Source of the DNA: Octopus sinensis
Taxonomy: Eukaryota
DNA: 22,237 nt
NCBI RefSeq assembly: GCF_006345805.1
Contig: NW_021836988.1
Span: 1 to 22,237, forward strand
Reading direction: 5' to 3'
Made by a program: the position numbers and the translations under genes. Below, piece by piece: positions 10,427-19,199 of the stretch; the first letter of the stretch is position 1; each line of letters starts with the position of its first letter. The notes beneath the pieces are model-generated. The model did not search any database. It saw only the letters and a list, made by a program, of their open reading frames with translations, and was not told the origin of the DNA.

Positions 10427-10514
10427 CTCGTGAGGCCATTAATTAGCTTAGCTATCTTTTTTCGATGACATAAATTCTTTTTGTTAAATTTTCGTTAAAA
10501 AAATAAAATAAAAG
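10427..10514 (+). mobile_element. 3' tail homologous to CRE lineage A, fused to the end of the tandem array
   Basis: 10427-10459 matches 8129-8161 at 30/33 nt and 3227-3259 at 30/33 nt. It is followed by AATTCTTTTTGTT and an A-rich run. Confidence 0.7.
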
Positions 10515-10628
10515 CTCTAATTGTTATCGACCATGAATAGACTGTGCAATTATCAGATTTTGAAAACCACTAAAAGGAAAAAGCAAAAATTATTAGAGAT
10601 TTACATAATTGATTCTTTTTAACTGCCG

Positions 10629-10860
10629 CCGAAACTGACAAATTCGATTATGCTACTGTTTAGATTTCTTAAGATAGAGGCAAATAAAATTTAAATTAGT
10701 CATGTAAATTTCAATTTGCCTATATTTAAATCTCCTTGATTTAACAGGCTTTAATTTTTTTCCTTATAATACTACAAGATGAAGCTGATTATCATTTTCT
10801 TTACCGAAACAGACAAGTTCGATTATGCTAAAGTTTCAATTCCTTTAAACATAGAGGCAA
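10629..10860. repeat. Imperfect dispersed direct repeat (~55 bp, 175 bp apart)
   Basis: CCGAAACTGACAAATTCGATTATGCTA..ATAGAGGCAA (10629-10683) versus CCGAAACAGACAAGTTCGATTATGCTA..ATAGAGGCAA (10804-10860). Confidence 0.75.
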
Positions 10861-11109
10861 TTAAGTATAATGGCTTTGATTGGATAATACACTTTACATA
10901 AATTCACTAAATAAATTTACGTAGAAAATTTAATATAAATTACTGATTCGCGTTTACAAAAATCATAAGAATGTCCTATAAAGAGAGATCTGAGAATGTT
11001 AACAAACAAGAGAATATGAACCATATAAAAAAAAAGAGAAAGAGGGAAGATGTGCTTAAATGGTGAGGGGGAACTTAGACAACAGCTGAACAAGGTCAGG
11101 ACTGCTGTT

Positions 11110-12076
11110 AGACTCAACTACGGGTAATAGAATTATGCATTCTAGGTTAATTGTTTGGGATGAATGTACGATGGCTCATAAAGGCGCATTCAAGCAGTTG
11201 ACCGAACATATAGAGATATCAAGAATTGTAGCGACCATTTGTTTGGGGGAGCATTAGTTGTATTGGCAGGTGATTTTAGACAGACGCTGCCAATTATTCA
11301 AAGAGGGACGCCAGCGGATGAATTGAATGCCTGCCTCAAATCGTCATATTTGTGGACACACGTGAAAAAGGTAAGCTTAGATGTAAATGTACATGCACAT
11401 TTACAAGGCGTTAATAGCATATTCACACAAATCCTTCTAGATATTGGAAATGGGGCAATCACTTCAGAAATGCAACGACCAGAAAATAGGCTACCGGAAG
11501 AATTATGTATTTTCGTAGAAACAGCAGAAGAATTATTGAATGCCGTCTATTCCGAACTATCTGAACACTACGTGAATTTCGACTGGCTGCGTGAACGAGC
11601 TATATTAGCTCCACTTAATGATGAGGTACTTAATATAAATTTAGATTTATTAATGAAAATCCCTGGCAGAGAAAGAATATATAAATCGGTCGACGTTATT
11701 ATGGACCATGAAAGGGCCTGCGATAGATTTAAGAGACTACAATTTCCGCTGAAGATAAGTTTTGCTATGACAATAAACAAGGCCCAGGGACAGTCTTTAA
11801 AGGTAGTAGGCTTATTTTTAGAGAACGAGTGCTTTTCACATGGCCAGCTGTATGTGGGGTGCTCAGGGTAGGTAGAAGAGAAATTTATTTATATTTGCCA
11901 AGGATGGACGGACTGCAAACATCGTTTATCCACAGGCCTTAGAATAAGGTTATATCAAAGCAGGTCGCATTTATATATCTACATAAATTTATAGTTATTT
12001 AAGGAAACTGCGAGCGTAGCGAGCAGGGCCTCCGCAGGAGCTAGCTCGCAGTGAGCGAAGCGAACTGCTGAGCTAG
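11110..12076 (+). mobile_element. Helitron 3' portion: internally deleted PIF1-like (RepHel) helicase plus terminal hairpin and CTAG
   Basis: LIVWDECTMAHK..FGGALVVLAGDFRQTLP..RAILAPLN..RLQFPLKISFAMTINKAQGQSL..FSHGQLYV. The 2B region is missing, there is an in-frame stop after GCSG, and the frame ends at 11947. The terminus is a hairpin followed by CTAG|T at 12073-12077. Confidence 0.87.
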
Positions 12077-12077
12077 T
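12008..12077 (+). other. Doubled Helitron-type 3' terminus
   Basis: Hairpin CTGC..GCGTAGC..GCAG (12008-12026) then CTAG (12041-12044). Second hairpin GCAGT..GCGAAGC..ACTGC (12048-12068) then CTAG|T (12073-12077). Confidence 0.65.
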
Positions 12078-12134
12078 AAGTCTATAAAATCTACAACTAA
12101 CTGCCTTAAGTAACCGTTTCGGTACTTTGAAACA

Positions 12135-12560
12135 AGTTCGTGTTTTTCTCTCTTGGCATCGACCAGGTCGTCTGCTCAGTCGGATCACCATTCAACCCAT
12201 GATATCTGACGACACCACAATTAGAAGACCTATTGATCCATTATCTAAGGAACTCAAGTCCGATCCTGTCACTGAACAGTCTGGGACTCTTAGTAAACGT
12301 CACTAAAATCGAAATCCTTAATGTTAGCGTTCTCAAAACCACCCTCCAATCGGCATGGAACAAAATCCTGGACATTATACACGATCGATCAGTCTACGAA
12401 TCGGCCTATGCATTGTTCTTGTGGTCCTCAGCAGTGCTCTACAATTTACTATCCTACAGGATTGCAAACTCCAAAACTTACATGCAGACTTTTCTGCCTT
12501 AGTCTTCGCACTGCCTTTTTTCAATTTCCATTCCTCAAAAGAACAGTAAAAAAAAAGAAA
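12135..12560 (+). mobile_element. Heavily deleted CRE-like element remnant
   Basis: LGIDQV..YL.DDTTI..LGLLVN..KIEILN, then ..PMHCSCG.., ending in an A-run at ~12548-12560. Confidence 0.6.
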
Positions 12561-12673
12561 ATCGAATCAATTAAAAGTTATTAACATCATATCTTTAAAT
12601 TATTTGTATATTAAGGCTCAAAATAAATAATCTATTAAGCTCACTCAAAAAAAATTTCAAAGTATAATAATAA

Positions 12674-13485
12674 TCATTTGGAGTCTACACAAGCTCGTTT
12701 TCTGGCAGGAAGTGATTTTAATATAGCTGAAGTCCAATCCCCCATGTTAGCAAATTCGACCAATATTTGATAAACTGACATAGTAATTAAACATACCTTG
12801 ATTAACAGTCAAAATCCAATTACACTCGCGTTTAATCAACTCTGAACTGAGAGGTAGACGTCCGTGTTTTATATTTTTCTCACAAGCAATGTTAAAACAC
12901 AAATTCTACATATTAACAATAATATGTTCACTTTGTGATGATTGTGATCGATAAGACCACCAATTACATACACTTCTCCTTCACATAACTCATTTATTAT
13001 GTTTGGAGAGTCCCCCGTTAAATAAGTGATAGATTTATCAACAAAACAGTTCAAAAAATAATCAGAATGAGTGAATATATCCCACTTATTATAATCATGA
13101 GGCATTAATTGAGTCATATATTCATCCATACTTGTAAAATGTAATTGTAAAGGATTTAAAGACCGCCGATTGTAACTGTAACACCCGGCTAACTGAGTCG
13201 ACAGTTTTTTACAGTCCTATTTGATAATTTAAATGGTTTTAACATTAACGGACATGTAATTTCTAAATGAACAATCTATAACTACGTGAAAGAGTTTTTG
13301 GGAATTACTCATTCGAGTAATAAGACAAGGTTTACGTTTTTGAATTCTTTTTTCACGTTTATTTGCTCTAAAACATTAAATTTACAAATTCACTTTCGTT
13401 CTTGTTTTTTTTCTTGACGTTTTTTAAGTTTAGCCTCTTTCTTAATTTGTTTTTTAGATTTTATATTAATCACAAGATCAGTCAT
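12674..13485 (-). CDS. TRMT10: tRNA (guanine-9-N1) methyltransferase, TRMT10/Trm10 family, 236 aa, 5 exons
   Basis: GT-AG introns at 13368-13393, 13217-13243, 12906-12931 and 12775-12796 give one open frame: ..VVIDCSF..QL..CYSYNRRS.NP..YLTGDS..YVIGGLIDHNHHK..RLPL..ILTVNQV..W..AILKSLP.RK, ending TGA. Confidence 0.95.
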
Positions 13486-13555
13486 GTGCAGGCAAACTTA
13501 ATTCTATTTTAATATAATTAATAGATTAAAAATATTTTTTCGGAAAAAATATAAG

Positions 13556-13881
13556 TTAAAGTTTTCCAGCTAAGAATGCAAACATCAAACGGTCCCCAGT
13601 CAGGCCCCAACTAAGTCTTTTAGACTGGAAGATGGCTATCCAAGAAATTAATGCGATCAAAAATACGAGAAGGGACACAAACGACATTTTCACGTCTAAA
13701 AAATAAGGTTGAGAATCACAATATAAAATTTCCCTATCTTCATTACCACGATTATGAAATAAGCAAATATTCAATATCCATAAAATTGGAAGAAAGAAAA
13801 ATCCAGCTAAATTAACAATTAATAATTACTACCAATGAAATATCTTTTAGATTCCTTTTTAATATTCTCCACGTCACTCAT
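13556..13881 (-). CDS. PSENEN: Gamma-secretase subunit PEN-2, 91 aa, 3 exons
   Basis: Introns at 13807-13832 and 13696-13719. Product MSDVENIKKESKRYFIAGFFFLPILWILN..YVKMS..SWIAIFQSKRLSWGLTGDRLMF matches the PEN-2 motifs GF.FLP.LW..N and W..IFQ..R..WG..GD.L.F. Confidence 0.9.
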
Positions 13882-14025
13882 GAAAATAGGATATCTTATT
13901 GTTTAAATAAATAATTTTAATTTTAAATAATTAAAAAAATTTATTAATCCAAAAAACCAAGTAAAATACAGAATATCTACTCCTTCAGCGGACATCGAAT
14001 TTAGCTATTTTTAAGGAAATTAAAA

Positions 14026-15264
14026 TTATTTATTATCGAGATTATATAAATATGCTTTCAAATTGAGATTTATAGAACTGGCAACGGGTTTCATTTGGTC
14101 GTAAGTGGCAAGACATTTAAACTTGGGAGAGTCAAGTCCTCCTGTCGTACTCAGCAGTCGAAGACACACCAAAGTAGACAACTACGAGTCATTTAAACCA
14201 CAACAACATGACTATTAACATCATATTCCAACATGTTTGACATGTGTTCTTTAACCACGTGATGTATAGCACACAGTCTGTCCAATTCAAACAACTTAGG
14301 TCCTGTCGTTTGAGTTGTGGTCTAAACATTCTTAAATAATCATCACAGTCTTTGGCATAGCCTTCTTTGACGTCTTCTTAATAAAATACTGCACATCAGT
14401 CGAAATTGGATTGTAGGATGCAATGTAGGCACAAATAAGGACAAGTTTAGTATTCTCTGGAAGATTCACCAAGTCATTGTTAAGAGACTCACAATCAGTC
14501 TTTAGAAAAATAGATTTTTGAGCCATAAGTAGAGAAGGTTCGAGAATTTTCCACATTGAATGAGCAGTCACATTTTTGGGAAGAAGATTGTAATATTTGA
14601 GACCAATTTGAATGATTTCGTGGAGATTAAACGTCCACACGTTCATAACACTGACAAGAATGTCTACAAATAATTCAGTTAAAGAGGAAGGAGGCAGGTG
14701 AGCCTCTAAAATTGTCTTGATTTCATCTGAAATGTATACATAGTACATACTAATTGTGTAATGAGGCAAGTGTATTGTCAGTCCTGACATATCACATGGA
14801 TTTTCACTAATATACACACAAGAGACGTCTATTTGAGGACTATAATCGTTTAATTTGCTCAGAATTGACAATATTTGAGGCGACAGCTTATCCGCTGAGT
14901 CAAAAATCTGCAACCTTACATGACAGGGGACACCAATGTAAAATGTTGTCCTGTCTTTCCTGCTATGCTAATAAAGTCAGAGACTGTTTCCCCGGAATCG
15001 TTGCATGTCCCACAAAGAACATTCCAAAATATAGACTCGCTGTAGCATTGGGCACAATCCAGATATACTGAATTGAGGGGATTGTCTTTTATCAGGTAGG
15101 CCACTGTACATGACTTTCCACAGCCTTGAGGACCGACAATATTTATGGATTTGTAGGGAGTGTATTTACTCTATGACATAGCAAAAATTTATATTTACAG
15201 AATTTAGTATTTTCCTTAATAACTCTAATTTCTCACATCTGCACGTCGAGATAAACGGAGGCAT
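14026..15264 (-). CDS. ORC5: Origin recognition complex subunit 5, 365 aa, 6 exons
   Basis: Introns at 15171-15198, 14908-14933, 14727-14750, 14322-14346 and 14182-14219. Walker A GPQGCGKS; IFDSADKL; LICAYIASYNP..D..YF; GPKLFELDRL; LSTLV.LRLL; PKFKC. Confidence 0.93.
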
Positions 15265-15492
15265 TTAAAATTATTTATGTTTCTCATTTTATTAAATATG
15301 TTTATAAACAAAGTTTAAATATATTAAGACTTATTATCTTCATAATCAAATATTATTTTTAATCAATGAAAATGATATCATTGATATATTGAATAAACTA
15401 AAAGTTATTTAAATGTAAATTGAAAACATTTTACAAGGTCAACATAAACCTAATTTCACCATTTTATTTGATTAGTTTGAAAAAAGAAATAA

Positions 15493-16250
15493 TTATGCCA
15501 AATGTTTAATGTCAGAAATTGAAAGCGATTTAACTTTGGGTTCTCCTTCCACAGCATTAACACTAAAGATCGATAGGGCACAGTTGTATAATTTCAAGGG
15601 CACTTGCTCGTCGGTAATCGACTTGAGGATAATTTTGAGCGCTCCATGGTGTGTTACCACCAAAACAACAGGCGGTCGTCCCTCAATCGTATATGGGCTA
15701 TTCCCAATTTCCTCAATTTGAGATTTGAGTATTTCCTTTATAGCATTTTTACATCGTTGTTGAAACTAATCTGTGAAAGAAAAATTACTCACATCCTCCT
15801 CTGATTCGACTCCTGCAAGACTTGATCTGGTTATTTGTGAATATGGCAGTCCTTGGTACTTTCCCAAATACTATAAAAATCATTTTTATGTCTAACCCTT
15901 TCTCTAAGAGACTCTAAACGTATAGGGGTGTCATTATAATATCTATTTCCTTCGGCAATAATTCTAGCTGTCTAAAATTCTTAGAAATATACACTAACCT
16001 CGCTAGCACGTGTTAAATCGCTTGTATATATTCTCATTATTGGGACGTCACTTAGTTCAACTGCTGTTTTCTCGGCCTGGTCTATTCCTAGTTTAGAGAG
16101 ATGTGTGTCCATTTGACCTGGAAATATAATAAATTTACTATAAGCCTTGACACAATCCCATCTCGTTTGCTTCCGTCCGTCCACTTAAATTGATTATTCG
16201 CTAAGAATATACTGCCGTGTGAGGATAAGCTGAAATAAATGTTCGCACAT
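15493..16250 (-). CDS. TIGAR: Histidine phosphatase (PGAM superfamily), TIGAR-like fructose-2,6-bisphosphatase, 206 aa, 6 exons
   Basis: Introns at 16184-16212, 16118-16145 (GC-AG), 15972-15998, 15871-15896 and 15766-15792. Motifs TRHGRTEAN, CQGQMDTHL, SDLTRASET, LRER, VVTHHG, NCALSIF. Exon layout matches vertebrate TIGAR as I recall it. Confidence 0.85.
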
Positions 16251-16677
16251 GCCAAAAATAATAATTTTTCCGATCAGTATTTATTAAATAAAATACTTAA
16301 AAATCAATAATCATTTTAATAATTTTGTAATTTTAATTATGTAAAACAACGTAATTTCTTTGCACTGCTTGTAGTTACCGCATATTTATTAGATCCCGTC
16401 GCAGTATCGATGGGCTACTTTTGTCTTTTTTAATATGGTTGTTTACCTAGGAAATTGACCTTTTACCAATTTGACGTATTTTTATTGATTTAAAAGGACC
16501 TTTTAATCGTTTAAAATTGAACTAAAATCTAATTCGATTCAACAAATAAGAAAAGAAGGCTGTACTCTATAATTGTTGCCTATTAAATTAGCCTCATTTT
16601 AAATTAGCGATTTTAGTATCTTAAAAATTTCTTCGAGAAAAACTCTTAGATATAAACTATAAAAATCACAAAAAAAA

Positions 16678-18153
16678 TTAATTCTTGTATTCCATTAAAT
16701 ATTTGGTTTGCTCATTATCCAGCCCATGAGTTATCATCATTCTACGCAGCGTCTAAGACTGCCACATCAAAAAATCACCTCTGTGTAGAATTCTCCCTTA
16801 ACTGGAAGACCCAAAAATGCCCTGGTCTTAATAATTCTCATCGCAGCCATTGACACAGCCGGAGACATTTCATAAATAAACCTTTTCGTTATTCTTCCAA
16901 AACTCACTTCATGCGGGGAAAAATCAGCTCCAAAGTTTCAAGACCTCCAACATAATCGTTTATTTCGAATTGGAAGCCAGACTTTAGAAACATCAACGCT
17001 GTGTAATTCACGTGTGTCGTGGGGAGAATAGATGGACTCCATTTGGAAATTAAATCCTCGATTTTCTTAATAAAAATTCGAACATCAATCCCTTTTTCAT
17101 TATCTTGGTTATTCCTGAGATTAATAATCCAAAATACATCATCGTAATATTTTTTTTACATTCCGAGAGCATCAAAATTCTCCGATAGATGTATTCATTA
17201 TTCATATGAGAAAAACACTCAGTACACGTGTTTGATGAGTCCACAGAGTTCTTAGAACAAAAGGGACAATTTGTAGATGATAAGAGTGCCTCAAATTTAT
17301 CGTCGCTGCACCGTGGACAGCGACAAGTAAAGCAATAGGGCTTTAACAAGGATTGTCGCTCCTCGTGGCTATTCATGACGTCAATATATGTTATCGTGAT
17401 AGTAGTATTGCGAGGAATGTCCTTCATGGCGACCACTCGTTGTTGCAATCCATTGAAATTTGTGGCTGCATTGGGAATGCAAGAATGGTCATACTTTGAT
17501 GTACTGAATTTAACGTATGAATATATTTACTTTAAATAAAGACCAACTCCTATTTTCTCGTCAAAATTCAAAATTTCAAAACTGTTTGTTTGCATTCGAC
17601 AGTAAATTTCCACAAGTTGTGAAAAATCTTGCAAATCGTGCACATTCGAACAATATTTTTCGGCAATTTCAACATTCTTTTTCATTCGGTCAGATAAATA
17701 CTCGAAATCTAACCAATTGTGATATTTTACGATTACTAGACACTAAGTCATAAAAACATCTCCCATCCGGGCCCTCTCGTTTGGTAAATAATCCCAATTT
17801 GTCCTTTTATATAATTTAAATAGATACTTTGATAATTAAATGATAAAATAAACGAGTTGAGTCAGAAGGGAGATCGCACGAGTGTTGCACGAGTTTAAGT
17901 TGAGAACATTCGTATTTATGGATTTTCCACGATTTTTTCTGTGAATAAATAGTTTTTAATACTTGGCACATGCTGGAACAGAAATAAAGGATATTGCAAG
18001 CACTGCACTTTTTTAAAGGTCTAGAATATATATTACTCTAAATTACCTATCATTTCTCAAGCACCACGAGCAGTTAACTTTCAACAGTGATTTTTTTAAT
18101 ATGTGTACAAATGGAAATGAGGATTCGATAATGTCTCCACACCTGAATTGCAT
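16678..18153 (-). CDS. SMYD: SET and MYND domain protein (SMYD1-3-like), 423 aa, 9 exons; start codon uncertain
   Basis: Introns at 18021-18046, 17939-17962, 17804-17827, 17709-17736, 17504-17530, 17115-17137, 16882-16907 and 16753-16778. MYND finger CSWC..CSAC..CSSMCQKKSWKIHKYEC; NSFEI..GVGLY..DHSCIPN; TYID; post-SET YCFTCRCPRC; C-terminal ITHG. Confidence 0.9.
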
Positions 18154-18249
18154 AATTTATTTTATTGCAAGTTATGTTAATTTAAAAATAAAAAATATCA
18201 TGTCGAAAATTAATTATCAGAATTAGTAAAATTAAATTTATTAAAGAAT

Positions 18250-19100
18250 AACTCCCAGAAAGTGCTCTTAGATCAGTAATCTCCTATACTGTTTGTCATA
18301 TATCTGGAAGCTGTATTGAGAGAACTAAAACCATACTATGAAGGAAAGATCAATGTGGGGGCACACGCGGATGACGTGGATTTTATTTCTTCCGACAGGG
18401 ACGCTCTGAAAAGCCTACTGGAGGTGATGCCAAATAGACTTGCTGAGTGGTTCCTCAATGTAAATGTGGAGAAAACAGAATTTACTGAACTAGCAAGACA
18501 GAAGTCTAAGCTGGATGAACATTGGAGAAAAGTAAAGAAACTCGGATCATTATTGGGAGACGAACAAGACGTGATTATGCGAAAAACACATGCAAACAGT
18601 GCACTACGCAGTTAAAGAAAAATTGACTAAAACGCAAAGGACTTAGCACAAAAACACGGATACGACTATACAATTCACTAGTGAAGCCAATACTCCTATA
18701 TAACGCCGGAATTTGGGGACTTTCCGCTACAGACAATGACAACCTAGACTCTTTCCATAGAGATCATCTCCGACGTACTCTAGCCTCCAAGTGGCATTCA
18801 AGGTTGAGTAACAGAACAGTTTATGCCAGAACATCAAGCAAACCAATCTCGCTCGAAATTACCGAATGCAGATAAAGGCTGTTTGGACACATTCTAAAAA
18901 TGGATTTGAATGCACCGGCAAACGCCGCTATGGAGGACTATTTCGAAGCTATGGGTCATGGTTTCCGTGGACGACTAAGAAATACTCTCCCGGGTACGCT
19001 GGATAGAGACCTAAAGAGGGCTGGTAAAGAATTGAAAGACGGAGACGATCTCGATACACTGCGGGACGTCACTTAAGATCGCGGGAAATAGAATAAACTA
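18250..19100 (+). mobile_element. 5'-truncated RTE-like LINE (RT C-terminal half and thumb), decayed
   Basis: SPILFVIYLEAVLR..AHADDVDF..LNVNVEKTE..LGSLL..RLYNSLVKPILLYNA..LDSFHR.HLR..RLFGHIL..GR.R.TL, with premature stops. Confidence 0.8.
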
Positions 19101-19199
19101 ATTACTCTTATTGTTTCCTGTGCTGCACAAGCTTTGTCGTGATTCATGGCATCGCAAAAGTGCCTATAATAAGTGCTCTTCAGACTGCAAGCTTTCGTC

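Larger units (their letters stand above)
9038..10460 (+). mobile_element. Putative non-autonomous Helitron/Helentron-like element (microsatellite, central tandem array, 3' hairpin)
   Basis: AT-rich start, (GTCT/GTGT)n tract, ~94-bp array, then hairpin GCCTC-GT-GAGGC (10425-10436) before a T-run. This order matches DINE-1/HINE-type elements. No clear TC start, CTRR end or subterminal inverted repeat was identified. Confidence 0.5.

Noticed and set aside
16380-16430. Small hairpin CCCGTCG..CGATGGG as a possible ncRNA
   Set aside because: A single 7-bp stem with no tRNA, snRNA or snoRNA hallmarks.
17115-17160. Apparent frameshift at the A8 run in SMYD
   Set aside because: A 23-nt GT-AG intron (17115-17137) restores the frame without invoking an error.
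12674-18153. Ciliate origin with TAA/TAG read as Gln, suggested by the tiny introns
   Set aside because: All five spliced genes are open without internal TAA/TAG, and four end in TAA at the expected C-terminus.
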